Part shown: positions 1 through 9,545 of the stretch, in pieces
Position numbering within the stretch: the first letter of the stretch is position 1
Layout: every line of letters begins with the position of its first letter
Assembly (NCBI RefSeq): GCF_000981785.2
Contig: NZ_CP011304.1
Span: 3,990,001-4,022,000 of the forward strand
DNA from: Microcystis aeruginosa NIES-2549
Lineage (GTDB): Bacteria > Cyanobacteriota > Cyanobacteriia > Cyanobacteriales > Microcystaceae
Length of the DNA stretch: 32,000 bases
Direction of reading: 5' to 3'
Made by a program: the position numbers and the translations under genes
Notes under the pieces: generated by a model
Database searches by the model: none
Told to the model about the DNA's origin: nothing
Seen by the model: only the letters and a program-made list of their open reading frames with translations

Positions 1-485
1 AAGAGGGTAATTTTTACATCACCCGTTTAGGGGATTTAATGATAGATGAAGAAAAAATTCTCCTCCTCAATCTCTATATTGACCAAATTCCCCCTGGTAC
101 TCACACCATAGCTAAGGTAAAGATTCGCTACGATGATCCCGCTTCCGGTCAAAAAGGGCTAGAAACTGCGACTGTTAGCCTTGATATCACCTCCCAAGCT
201 CTCTATCAATCCCAATTAAACGATCAAGTTCAGAAATCGATTCTGACTTTAGCCAAATATCGTCAAACCCAAATCGCTGAAGAAAAATTAAAACAGGGCG
301 ATCGAGCGGCCGCCGCCACCATGCTACAAACCGCGGCCAAAACAGCCCTACAATTGGGAGAAAAAAATGCCGCCACTGTCCTCCAAACTAATGCCACCCG
401 TCTACAGGTGGGAGAAGAATTGAGCGAGGGAGATTTAAAGAAAACCCGCATTATTGCTAAAACAAGACTACAAACCGATGAATAA
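1..485 (+). CDS. 3' end of a larger gene that enters from upstream. The product is uncertain; it may be the C-terminal region of a VWA-type protein.
   Basis: Frame 3 is open from base 3 with no stop before the first ATG at 39, and the stop is at 483-485. The tail is Ala/Gln-rich and helical. The VWA assignment is only a recollection of similar cyanobacterial C-termini. Confidence 0.5.
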   Translation, partial: EGNFYITRLGDLMIDEEKILLLNLYIDQIPPGTHTIAKVKIRYDDPASGQKGLETATVSLDITSQALYQSQLNDQVQKSILTLAKYRQTQIAEEKLKQGDRAAAATMLQTAAKTALQLGEKNAATVLQTNATRLQVGEELSEGDLKKTRIIAKTRLQTDE

Positions 486-490
486 ACTAC

Positions 491-1399
491 TTATTGAAAC
501 AAAATCCCAATTCCTAGCAAAGCGATAATCACCCCGAAAATCGCCCGCAAGTTAATCCGATCCCCCATCATGGCTGCTATCGGTAAGACAAATAAAGGAC
601 TGGTAGCGGTGAGAGTTTGGGCAATACCCACAGGAGAGAATTTTAAAGCAGTTTGCTGTAACCATATCCCTAAAAACGTACTGCCGAAAGCGGTGACAAT
701 AATAATAGCAATCAGACGCAATGACCAGTTAATCGCTGGCGATGATTCCTGACGGCGAAAAAACATCATAATTAACACTATTCCCGTCCCCGCTAACAGA
801 CGAAAAAGGGTACTCTGCAAAGACGACATTCCCGACTCCACCAGTGCCTGACGAGATAAAACCGCCCCCACCGCTTGGGAAATCGCAGCGATTAAAGCCC
901 AGGCAATTCCTCGCCGCCAAGGACGTTGACTATTGATTTCGGGAGTTTTTTCGGAAATAACCCAAGCAACCCCGAAGATGGTCAAAATAATGCCAATATA
1001 AGCCGATATTTTCAGGGATTCCCCCAAAAAAGTCGCCGCTAGAATTGCTCCCAAGGGAGGCGAAAGGGTTTCTAACAGGAGGGTTTTTCGCGGTCCCAAA
1101 TAATTGAGGGCGGTAAAATAGGCCGTGTCACCGATTCCTATACCAATTGCGCCACTTGTCAAGAGTATAAATACCGAACTTTGTTGATTAATACCGCGCC
1201 ATTGTCCGGAAAGGGGCAGCGTCAGGGCAATTAAAGCGATCGCGACTACTCCTTTCAGAAAATTAAGCAATAAAGGCGGGATTTTCTGGCCTAATAGGCT
1301 ATAAATCGCCGCAGAAATCGCCCAAAGCGCCGCCGCACTCAAAGCCGCTATCTCTCCCGTTAAATTTTCACCGAAACTAAATCCGTTGGGCATTATCAT
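491..1399 (-). CDS. EamA/DMT-family transporter with about 10 TM helices
   Basis: The protein is hydrophobic throughout, with two EamA-like halves. The ORF track starts at 1474, but TM1 (GEIAALSAAALWAISAAIY) begins just after the Met codons at 1399 and 1393, so I chose 1399. Confidence 0.8.
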   Translation of the reverse strand: MIMPNGFSFGENLTGEIAALSAAALWAISAAIYSLLGQKIPPLLLNFLKGVVAIALIALTLPLSGQWRGINQQSSVFILLTSGAIGIGIGDTAYFTALNYLGPRKTLLLETLSPPLGAILAATFLGESLKISAYIGIILTIFGVAWVISEKTPEINSQRPWRRGIAWALIAAISQAVGAVLSRQALVESGMSSLQSTLFRLLAGTGIVLIMMFFRRQESSPAINWSLRLIAIIIVTAFGSTFLGIWLQQTALKFSPVGIAQTLTATSPLFVLPIAAMMGDRINLRAIFGVIIALLGIGILFQ

Positions 1400-1552
1400 A
1401 TTTGTCAGGAGACAGTATTCAGGAGACTCCGAGACTCCGAGACTATTTTTATTTATTATCCCCATTTCCCACACGCCACACCCTTGACAATCAAGACAGT
1501 CGCTAATTTAGTGATTTAATAAAACCGACCACTGCTGCAGAAGATAAAAACT

Positions 1553-1945
1553 ATGTGTATTCTCGGTTTTGATCCGGGTAAGGATAAATGTGGGATCGCC
1601 GTCAGGTCATCGACGGGGAAAATTTATACCCATGAGGTGATAGCATCGTCACAAGCGATCGAGTGTTTAGCCAGTCTCTGTCAACAATATCCGATCGAAT
1701 TACTGGTGATGGGGAATCAAACCACCTCGAAAAGTTGGCGCGAAAAAATTGCCGCTCGTCTCACCATCCCGATTACTCTAGTAGATGAACGCAATAGTAC
1801 CCTAGAAGCTCGCGATCGCTATTGGCAAATGTTCCCCCCCAAAGGATTACAGAAACTCATCCCCCAGGGGATGCGTCTTCCCGATCGCCCTATTGATGAT
1901 ATAGTAGCGATTCTGCTGATTGAACGTCATTTACAGTCCAAATAA
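1553..1945 (+). CDS. RNase H-fold YqgF/RuvX-like resolvase-family protein
   Basis: The N-terminus ILGFDPGKDKCGIAV resembles the first acidic motif of YqgF/RuvC-fold nucleases. The length is 130 aa. The family call is from memory only. Confidence 0.55.
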   Translation: MCILGFDPGKDKCGIAVRSSTGKIYTHEVIASSQAIECLASLCQQYPIELLVMGNQTTSKSWREKIAARLTIPITLVDERNSTLEARDRYWQMFPPKGLQKLIPQGMRLPDRPIDDIVAILLIERHLQSK

Positions 1946-1984
1946 TGTCACACTACAAAATAGACACAGCAGGGTGAATTGACG

Positions 1985-3139
1985 ATGCTCCTAAGTAAAG
2001 GTTTTGAAGTGGAAATGTACACCGGAACGGCAGCCGGAGAAGTTATCGGTTTATCCGATCGCATTGTCAAGGATCTAGATGGTTTTGTCCGGGAACCGGA
2101 TAGTCGTAACGTAGAATATACTACGGCTCCCATGACTAACTATGACCGTCTTTTATGCGCTACTTTAAAACCTCGTCTGGCTCTACGGCAATATTTGCGT
2201 CGTTTAGGCGATTATACCCTCATCCCCGGCAGTACCCTCTCCTTGGGCGATAGTCAACATTTTTATCGCAGTGATCCCGACAATCCCTATCATGACTATA
2301 TCGAACAGACCTACGGCACTAATGTAGTCACGGCCAGTATTCATATTAACGTCGGTATTAGCGATTATGAGGATTTAATGCGTGCCTGTCGCTTAATTCG
2401 CCTAGAAGCTCCTTTATACTTGGCTTTAAGCGCTTCCTCTCCTTTTCTCGATGGTAAAATCACCGGTTCCCATTCCCGTCGTTGGCAAGTTTTCCCCCAA
2501 ACTCCCGCTTCTGTTCCCCTCTTTGAAAGTCATAAACATTTTGTCACTTGGACTGAGGAACAATTAAAACTCGGTACGATGCAGAATGTTCGCCATCTCT
2601 GGGTGTCGGTACGTCCTAACGGGAGCAATCGTCCCTATAATCTCAATCGTCTAGAATTGCGAATTTGTGACCTGATTACTGATCCTATTAGTTTATTAGC
2701 AGTTATGGCTTTTTTAGAGGCCCGTTTAACTCAACTTTTACAGGATCCCCAATTAGACCCCTTAATTTTAAGTCAATTACCCAGCAGCAATCGCAGGGAG
2801 GATTTATTAACTTTAACCCAAGAAAACGAACAGGCTGCCGCGCGTTTTAGTCTTGATGCCACCCTGAGACATTGGTACGATGGTCGAGAAATCTTAGCTA
2901 GGGATTGGATTAAAGATCTCTATGTTCAAGTTTATCCGATCGCTAAAGAAAGGGGTTTTAGTTGTTTCCTCTCTCCCCTACAAAAAATCCTCCGCGAGGG
3001 TAACACTGCACAACAATGGTTAAAACAATACGACCAGGGTATGGATGTTAAAAGTATTATCACACAGGCGATTCTTACCCTAGAAAAACAGGAACGAGAG
3101 TTAGAACATAAATTATGTCAGCATATTTTAGTTGCTTAA
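1985..3139 (+). CDS. gshA: Glutamate-cysteine ligase, cyanobacterial type
   Basis: The N-terminus LLSKGFEVEMYTGT and overall GCS2-like layout fit a roughly 384 aa protein. The track start at 1979 is TTG; the ATG at 1985 is preferred. Confidence 0.65.
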   Translation: MLLSKGFEVEMYTGTAAGEVIGLSDRIVKDLDGFVREPDSRNVEYTTAPMTNYDRLLCATLKPRLALRQYLRRLGDYTLIPGSTLSLGDSQHFYRSDPDNPYHDYIEQTYGTNVVTASIHINVGISDYEDLMRACRLIRLEAPLYLALSASSPFLDGKITGSHSRRWQVFPQTPASVPLFESHKHFVTWTEEQLKLGTMQNVRHLWVSVRPNGSNRPYNLNRLELRICDLITDPISLLAVMAFLEARLTQLLQDPQLDPLILSQLPSSNRREDLLTLTQENEQAAARFSLDATLRHWYDGREILARDWIKDLYVQVYPIAKERGFSCFLSPLQKILREGNTAQQWLKQYDQGMDVKSIITQAILTLEKQERELEHKLCQHILVA

Positions 3140-3143
3140 ATAA

Positions 3144-3440
3144 TTATTTTAAGGCCATGGTAATTAAACCCTGTTGACCGAGAAGAATTTCCCGCAGCAG
3201 CGTACAAATTCCCACCCAAATAATCGGAGAAATGTCAACTCCTCCCAAGGGTGGTATCAGTTTACGCACGGGGATTAAAAAAGGTTCTGTTGGCCAGGCA
3301 ATAATATTAAAGGGAAAGCTATTTAAATCTACCTGTGGATTCCAAGTCAGCACGATCCTTAAGATAAACAAAAGGGTCATCAACCCTAAGATAATTCCCA
3401 ATGTCCAACTTAATGCGATCGCTGTGTCCATAGTCTCCAA
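3144..3440 (-). CDS. YGGT family (Ycf19-like) membrane protein
   Basis: The protein is 98 aa with two TM helices. It carries the motifs LRIVLTW and EPFLIPVRKLIPPLGGVDISPI that are typical of YggT. Confidence 0.85.
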   Translation of the reverse strand: METMDTAIALSWTLGIILGLMTLLFILRIVLTWNPQVDLNSFPFNIIAWPTEPFLIPVRKLIPPLGGVDISPIIWVGICTLLREILLGQQGLITMALK

Positions 3441-3581
3441 TCCCTTCTTTTTTACCGATTATCTTCCCTAAAATATAACAGTTTTTGTCTCATTTAATCA
3501 TCCTAATCGCCCCAGCACCCTGACAGCTGTTCTTGTCAACCTCCCGGGTAAAAATGCCGCCAGAAAAAGTCCCAATAGGGC

Positions 3582-3611
3582 TTGACAAACTAGCCAGACT
3601 TGACTTATAAT
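3582..3611 (+). promoter_or_regulatory. Candidate sigma70-type promoter for fumC
   Basis: TTGACA lies at 3582-3587, followed by an 18-nt spacer and TATAAT at 3606-3611. This is about 95 nt upstream of the fumC ATG. Confidence 0.35.
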
Positions 3612-3704
3612 TTTCTTATAGTGGGAATCCGTGTCGCCCTGTAACCCCCCTCTTTTCAGGCCAGATAACGACCATCTTTTGCTGACCTCAGAAGTAACTT
3701 AAAG

Positions 3705-5108
3705 ATGACAGAATTTCGCATCGAGAAAGACAGCATGGGAGAAATTCCCGTACCTGCCGATAAACTTTGGGGAGCGCAGACCCAAAGATCCCTACAATAC
3801 TTTAGTATCGGTGATAATCTCATGCCCCGGGAGATGATCCGGTCCTATGCCATTCTCAAAAAAGCCTGTGCAATTGTCAATCAGCAAAAAAATCGTCTCA
3901 GTCAGGAGAGAAAAAACCTAATCTGTCAAGTCTGCGATGAAATTTTAGCCGGACAACACGCAGATAACTTTCCCCTCTACGTTTGGATGACGGGAAGTGG
4001 CACTCAATTTAACATGAACATCAACGAAGTCATCTCCAATCGTTGTAGTCAACTGACGGGGAATCCTTTGGGGAGCAAAACCCCGGTTGACCCCAACGAT
4101 CATGTTAATATGTCCCAATCGACTAATGATTCCTTTCCCTCGGCCATGTATATTGCCGTTGCCTTGGCAGTCAAGGAAAAATTAATTCCCAGTCTGCAAC
4201 TATTACGGAATAGTCTCGATGAAAAGGCGCAATTATGGGCAAATATAGTTAAAATTGGTCGCACTCACCTACAGGATGCCACCCCTTTAACCCTCGGACA
4301 AGAATTCTCCGGTTATGTGGGTTTATTGGATGATGGCAGCGATTGGCTAGAAAAATGTCTAGAAAAAGTCTATCGTTTATCCTTGGGAGGAACAGCAGTG
4401 GGTACGGGAATTAATGCTCCCCCAGATTTTGATCGAGATGTGGCTGCCGAAATCGCTAATCTGACCAAATTACCCTTTATTACGGCTCCTAATAAGTTTA
4501 CCGTGCAAGGTTCCCACGATGCTCTAGTTTTCTTGAGCGGGGGACTGAAAACTATCGCTAGTTCCCTCTATAAAATTGCTAATGATATCCGTTTACTTAG
4601 CTGTGGTCCCCGTTGTGGATTAGGAGAATTACAGCTGCCGGAAAATGAACCGGGTTCTTCAATTATGCCGGGGAAAGTTAATCCCACCCAATGCGAAGCT
4701 TTATCGATGATAGCGGTGCAGGTGATGGCTAATGATTTAGCGGTGACGATGGGAGGCGCCGGAGGACATCTGGAAATGAATGTCTATAAACCGCTGTTGA
4801 TTCATAATCTTATGCAGTCTATCCGGCTGCTCACGGATGGTTGCGCTAATTTCTGTCAGTTTTTGGTTCAGGGGATGACTGCTAATCAAAAACAAATTGA
4901 GACTTTTTTAAATCAGTCCTTGATGCTGGTGACTGCCTTAAGTCCCGTGATTGGCTACCAAAAGGCTGCCTACGTCGCTCATTATGCCCTAGAAAAAGAT
5001 TTAACTCTGAAAGTGGCAGCCTTGCAACTAGGATACATCGAGGAAGCGGATTTTGATCGCATTGTTGACCCCGCTAAGATGGTTAATCCCTACGTTGCCG
5101 ATGGTTAA
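3705..5108 (+). CDS. fumC: Class II fumarate hydratase
   Basis: The lyase signature [16 protein letters not shown] is present, together with [10 protein letters not shown] and SQSTNDSFP. The length is 467 aa. Confidence 0.95.
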   Translation: MTEFRIEKDSMGEIPVPADKLWGAQTQRSLQYFSIGDNLMPREMIRSYAILKKACAIVNQQKNRLSQERKNLICQVCDEILAGQHADNFPLYVWMTGSGTQFNMNINEVISNRCSQLTGNPLGSKTPVDPNDHVNMSQSTNDSFPSAMYIAVALAVKEKLIPSLQLLRNSLDEKAQLWANIVKIGRTHLQDATPLTLGQEFSGYVGLLDDGSDWLEKCLEKVYRLSLGGTAVGTGINAPPDFDRDVAAEIANLTKLPFITAPNKFTVQGSHDALVFLSGGLKTIASSLYKIANDIRLLSCGPRCGLGELQLPENEPGSSIMPGKVNPTQCEALSMIAVQVMANDLAVTMGGAGGHLEMNVYKPLLIHNLMQSIRLLTDGCANFCQFLVQGMTANQKQIETFLNQSLMLVTALSPVIGYQKAAYVAHYALEKDLTLKVAALQLGYIEEADFDRIVDPAKMVNPYVADG

Positions 5109-5191
5109 TTCTCTGAGGGGTTGACTACCGTAAAAATCAGAGGTCGCAGGCAGGCACGGATTCCCATTATATATATAAGTATAAGGCAAGC

Positions 5192-5214
5192 GGCGGGATT
5201 TGTCAAGCCCCGCC
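5192..5214. terminator. GC hairpin between convergent fumC and the BNR-repeat gene; possible bidirectional terminator
   Basis: GGCGGG (5192-5197) pairs with CCCGCC (5209-5214) across an 11-nt loop. The flanks are A/T-rich on both sides. Confidence 0.3.
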
Positions 5215-5228
5215 AGCAAAAATTTCCG

Positions 5229-7556
5229 CTAAACTTGGCTAATGATAGAGAAGAAAACAAAGAGAAAAACCATAAATGCTCCTGCCATGCGGAAGAAGGA
5301 TTTAGGAAGATTAATAACTTTCTCCAGTTGTAGGAAACCCACCAGAAAATAAGCGACGATTGCCAGGAGAATCGGTATAACTAAGCGCCAGATTGTGCCG
5401 AGGGGACCGGAGAAAAACTCACCAATTTTATAGCGGGGTGTATTTTCTTCCGCGTGAGGAGGAATAGTTACACTTGTCCAAGTTTCCCCCCCATCGGTGG
5501 AACGAAAAACTGTAGTTTGAGCGCCACCAAAACCGAATAAAGTTTGATCTTGGGCGTAATTAGGAGAAAACTGGACGGAGATCCCAGAGGAAGGGATACT
5601 ATGAATTTTCACTAGGGGTATTTTAGGATCACCAATTGATTTAAAAGTTTCTCCGCCATCGGTAGATTTAAACAATCCATCTCCCTGTAAACTAACTATT
5701 ACCGTGGGATCATTAGCATAATCAGGAGAGATAGCAATGGTTTCTACTGATGCTTGCGGATTAAACCCCGGTTTCTCTAACTTTGTCCAACTTTTAGCCC
5801 CATCTTTGGTGACAAACAAACCAGAAATTGTCCCAGCAAAAATAGTTCCATCGCTGGGATAATTGGGAGACATTGCCAACTGCACATTAGAGCTTTTTGA
5901 TAGGGGGGTTCCTTGGCTGACATTTTTCCAAGTTAGTCCACCATCGACACTTTGATAAATACCCTCTTTTCCCGTGACAAACAAAGTTTTATCCTTAGCA
6001 AAATCGGGGGAAGCTACCATAGCAGGGGCATAATTACCAGAAATTCTGCCCACTTCACTAATATTTTTAACCGTATTTCCTCCATCAGTAGAACGAAATA
6101 TTCTACCCTGCTGATTGGTGAGAAAAAGAGTTTTATCCTTGGCAAAATCTGGAGAAGGAACTATTCTCGGACCGCGGACTCCTTCATCAATTTCGATAAT
6201 TTTCCATAAATCACCACCGTTAGCGGATTTGGCAAATCTATTGCGTAAAAACCCAGCAAAAATAGTTCTATCTTCTCCATAGTTAGGAGAAAAGGCAATG
6301 TCAAAGAAACGCCGGGGATCCTGTCCTGATTCTTCGGGATCTTTACCAAGTCGATAAACCTCTAAACCGCGATTAATTGGTGTCCAAGTTTCCCCTCTAT
6401 CGCGACTGATGAAGATATTGCCTACATAATTAGCAATGACGACAGTGGCATCCTCGGCATAATTGGGGGAAACCGCCATAGCGATAACTGTTCCCCGGGC
6501 TAAAGTTGCTATTTCCTGCCATTGTTTGCCGCTATCTGTGGTTTTAAATAAGCCATTAAATCCCCCCAAAAACATCGTATCTTGAACTATTTTTAAATCC
6601 ATAAAATGGGGAACTTTATAATCATCAGCCTGTTGATCTTTGGTTAAACCCTCGCTCATTTTTGTCCAAGTTTTCCCCCCATCTTGCGAAACATACATTC
6701 CGTCATACCAAGTGATGACATAAAGGGTGGAATTTCGGGCATAGTCGGGAGAAATAACAATGTCTTCGATGATTTTATCCTTAATTCCTTCGTTAACAGC
6801 TTGGAAGGTTTTACCATCATCAACGGTTTTAAAAATACCTGCTTCTTTTGTACCGACAAAAAAGGTTTTATCCCTGTCTAGATTAGGAGAAAAAGCAATT
6901 GTATCCACTGCCCCCACATTAGCAGGTAAGGGTAGATTCTGCCAAGTTTTACCCCCATCGGAGGAACTGTATAATTTACCTTCTTCATCCCCGAAAAAAA
7001 TTCGCCCCGGATTGTTGGGGGTAATAGCTAGAGAGGTTATCAGTGCCGTGGTGGGGAAAATATTTGACCAATTTTTACCGCCATCTTCGGTTAAATAAAC
7101 CCCTTTTTCTAATCCCACTGCCGCTACTATATTGGGATCGGAAGGGGCAATTTCTAGGAAGTTAATAAAGTTAGTTTCTAAACCCTGATTAACTTTCTGC
7201 CAAGATTCCCCCGCATCTTCACTTTTATAAATACCATTAGATCTTGAAGCTAAATAGAGAATATTTTTATTGAGGGGAGATAGGGACAGGGAACTTAATT
7301 CCCCCGTATAATCTAAACCTTGAATTAATCTTTTCCAGTTGCTACCTCCGTCGCTAGATTTATAAAAGTTATTTCGCACCAATATATATACTGTATTATC
7401 TGTCTGGAAATCGGGAGAAACTTCTACTTGACTAATCACATCATGGGGACGATGGGCAAAAACGGGATTACTCCAAAGACAAAAAACTGTAGCAATTATC
7501 AATAAAATGAGATTAAACTTGTGGGCGAATCTCAGCAAACTTTGGCGATTAATCAT
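5229..7556 (-). CDS. Membrane-anchored BNR/Asp-box repeat protein, predicted double beta-propeller
   Basis: I counted 14 Asp-box motifs (S/T-x-D-x-G-x-T/S-W/F, e.g. SSDGGKTWQN, STDGGETWTS). Most follow an SP(N/D)(Y/F)AxDxT(L/I)F strand. There is an N-terminal signal-like helix and two C-terminal TM helices. Confidence 0.85.
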   Translation of the reverse strand: MINRQSLLRFAHKFNLILLIIATVFCLWSNPVFAHRPHDVISQVEVSPDFQTDNTVYILVRNNFYKSSDGGSNWKRLIQGLDYTGELSSLSLSPLNKNILYLASRSNGIYKSEDAGESWQKVNQGLETNFINFLEIAPSDPNIVAAVGLEKGVYLTEDGGKNWSNIFPTTALITSLAITPNNPGRIFFGDEEGKLYSSSDGGKTWQNLPLPANVGAVDTIAFSPNLDRDKTFFVGTKEAGIFKTVDDGKTFQAVNEGIKDKIIEDIVISPDYARNSTLYVITWYDGMYVSQDGGKTWTKMSEGLTKDQQADDYKVPHFMDLKIVQDTMFLGGFNGLFKTTDSGKQWQEIATLARGTVIAMAVSPNYAEDATVVIANYVGNIFISRDRGETWTPINRGLEVYRLGKDPEESGQDPRRFFDIAFSPNYGEDRTIFAGFLRNRFAKSANGGDLWKIIEIDEGVRGPRIVPSPDFAKDKTLFLTNQQGRIFRSTDGGNTVKNISEVGRISGNYAPAMVASPDFAKDKTLFVTGKEGIYQSVDGGLTWKNVSQGTPLSKSSNVQLAMSPNYPSDGTIFAGTISGLFVTKDGAKSWTKLEKPGFNPQASVETIAISPDYANDPTVIVSLQGDGLFKSTDGGETFKSIGDPKIPLVKIHSIPSSGISVQFSPNYAQDQTLFGFGGAQTTVFRSTDGGETWTSVTIPPHAEENTPRYKIGEFFSGPLGTIWRLVIPILLAIVAYFLVGFLQLEKVINLPKSFFRMAGAFMVFLFVFFSIISQV

Positions 7557-7580
7557 AGTTAAACTGCTAATATCGAGGAT

Positions 7581-7607
7581 AAAAATTGCCCTAATCTAGC
7601 AAAGGGC
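7581..7607 (-). terminator. Weak intrinsic-terminator candidate downstream of pth
   Basis: On the minus strand, a GCCCT/AGGGC stem (7588-7592 / 7603-7607) is followed by a T-run, seen as AAAAA at 7581-7585 on the plus strand. Confidence 0.3.
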
Positions 7608-7690
7608 GATCAAAATTTAAGCAAGGGTTCTGTAAGAGTATAGACAAAAATAGCGATTATAACCATTACTAAAATCGGGCTTATTTGCTA

Positions 7691-8317
7691 TCAGCATAGA
7701 TTAGAACCAATCTCTACACTTTGATTATTGTAGAGACTCATTGCCTTTTGTAACCCTTGTTTGAGACCAAGTTCGATCGCTTTTCTGGACAAGTCTAACA
7801 CTTTCAAGATTACTTCGTTTTCTTGGGGGGTGAATCGGCCTAAAACATGGGAAATAGTCGCTTTTTCGGTTGATTTACCGATTCCTATGCGTAAACGAGC
7901 GAATTTTTCCGTGCCAACGTGGGCAATCATCGATTTAATACCGTTGTGTCCGCCCGCCGATCCCGATAGACGGATTCTCAACCGGCCTAGGGGTAGATCC
8001 ATATCATCGTAAATGACTAAAATCGACTCTGGTGCTAGTTTATACCAGTCCAGCACCGAGCGCACCGATTGCCCGGAGCGATTCATATAGGTTTGGGGTT
8101 TCAAAAGACGAATTTTGCCCGGGAGAGGACCGTCACCCTCGGCGATAAAACCTTGAAATCGCTTGTTTTCCTGCCAAGATAGCCCCCAATCCCGCGCTAA
8201 TGAGTCCACAGCTTCAAAACCGATATTATGACGGGTGCGATCATATTTGGGTTCGGGATTGCCCAAACCGATAATTAGCCGAGGAATGATTAAATTGGGG
8301 GTTTTATCGGAATTCAT
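7691..8317 (-). CDS. pth: Peptidyl-tRNA hydrolase
   Basis: The motif LIIGLGNPEPKYDRTRHNIGF is present. The track ORF extends to 8431, but conserved Pth sequence begins soon after the Met at 8317 (MNSDKTPNLIIPRLIIGLGNP). Confidence 0.9.
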   Translation of the reverse strand: MNSDKTPNLIIPRLIIGLGNPEPKYDRTRHNIGFEAVDSLARDWGLSWQENKRFQGFIAEGDGPLPGKIRLLKPQTYMNRSGQSVRSVLDWYKLAPESILVIYDDMDLPLGRLRIRLSGSAGGHNGIKSMIAHVGTEKFARLRIGIGKSTEKATISHVLGRFTPQENEVILKVLDLSRKAIELGLKQGLQKAMSLYNNQSVEIGSNLC

Positions 8318-8366
8318 AGGGGAAAATCGGGCTTTTAACAATGACCCGACTCTCATTATCACCGAA

Positions 8367-8591
8367 TTAGCACTCCGAGCGCTGGAACAAAGTTTCCAGA
8401 TAAACCTTGGCACAGCTATTTTGCTCCTCAAAATTCATCCTTTCGGAGGATTGACAATTAAGCAGAAAAAATGAAAGAGCCGCCGTAAACACACCATCTT
8501 GATCCCAACCGGGGTGAGTTTCTAGGTATTGTTGTAGGGATTGGTGGAGGATTTCGGGGATTTCTGCCAAGATACTGACTGATGTATTCAT
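8367..8591 (-). CDS. DUF2811-like small cyanobacterial protein
   Basis: From the internal Met at 8591 the sequence reads MNTSVSILAEIPEILHQSLQQYLETHPGWDQDGVFTAALSFFLL...VYLETLF. This matches my memory of the DUF2811 consensus. The longer track ORF (to 8681) is probably not translated. Confidence 0.6.
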   Translation of the reverse strand: MNTSVSILAEIPEILHQSLQQYLETHPGWDQDGVFTAALSFFLLNCQSSERMNFEEQNSCAKVYLETLFQRSEC

Positions 8592-8854
8592 ATCGTTTAC
8601 CTCTGATCGGAAGTGGGGAAATCCCTGACTGGTGCAGTGGACAGTAAGGACTATTGTGAGCCAAGTTGGGGGGAGTTGCAATATTACCAGATGTAAAGGA
8701 ATGCTTTAGAAAAACTTAATATTTACGAGGGAATAAGGGTTAGAGCTAGATTTTATTTACTTAACTTAACAGTAACTCAGTATCTATCGATGGGGATTTT
8801 GACAATCAAGATTAATTTTTTCTCGAAGCAAGTGCCGATTCTATCGCTGTTGCC

Positions 8855-8941
8855 TGTGGAAAAGTCTGGGTAAACTGTGGAAAACTTAAGATTGAGTGGG
8901 GAAATACTGGGGAATGTATGGGGGAAAACATTGGGGAAAAA
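8855..8941. repeat. Phased array of seven T(G)GGGAAA(A) motifs with a period of about 11 bp
   Basis: Motif starts are at 8855, 8867, 8876, 8897, 8908, 8919 and 8932. The gaps are 12, 9, 21, 11, 11 and 13 nt. Confidence 0.6.
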
Positions 8942-9040
8942 TAAGATTTGCAAATTTTAATCAGTAGTGGTGCCAAATTAATTTTCATCTTTGAAATAGG
9001 CACTCTTGCCAGAGTACCTTTTCTAGCTGAGTGCTGGCTG

Positions 9041-9442
9041 CTATGCTTTTACCACCAATACTGAACAGGTAGCTTCTGCCACCACGAGACTACTCACAGA
9101 ATCTTCGATCACCCGTTGAACTCCCGTTAATCCCCGGCTACCGATCACGATCAGATCGGCATGATATATATTAGCTAAACGAATAATTTCCTCCGCCGGA
9201 TCACCAAAGATGACCTCGATTTCACTGGGAGCAGCAATCTGGGATTGATAGCCGCGCAATTGATCTTCAATGATCTCACGGGAGGGGTGAGGACGATCAA
9301 CTGGCGATTCATCTCCCTCCTTGCCGAGGATATGGGTGAGTATGACGCGAGAATTTGCCGTCAGAGAAAGGGAATTCAAAGCATGGAGGACTCGATGGGA
9401 TGATTCCCCACAATCTAAGGCAACAACAATATTTTTAAACAT
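9041..9442 (-). CDS. Universal stress protein (UspA family)
   Basis: IVVALD lies at the N-terminus, and IVIGSRGLTG...SVSSLVVAEATCSVLVVK at the C-terminus. The length is 133 aa. Confidence 0.85.
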   Translation of the reverse strand: MFKNIVVALDCGESSHRVLHALNSLSLTANSRVILTHILGKEGDESPVDRPHPSREIIEDQLRGYQSQIAAPSEIEVIFGDPAEEIIRLANIYHADLIVIGSRGLTGVQRVIEDSVSSLVVAEATCSVLVVKA

Positions 9443-9545
9443 TTTGACTAAATCCTGCCGCTAAATAAACTTCCAATTAAGATCCCAGGGCAAAAAATCT
9501 TTTATCGTGCCATTATCTAAGGATAATAAGCCTAGATAAACAATT

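Noticed and set aside
7691-8431. Long N-terminal extensions offered by the ORF track for pth, and likewise for DUF2811 to 8681, EamA to 1474, folP from 13765 and cupin from 14641
   Set aside because: The extensions lack family-conserved sequence, and several begin at TTG. Internal ATGs sit where homologous proteins normally start.
8812-9003. 63-aa ORF (FSPMFSPIHSPVFPHS...)
   Set aside because: It is low-complexity translation of the phased TGGGGAAA array read on the opposite strand. I see no start context and no protein-like composition.
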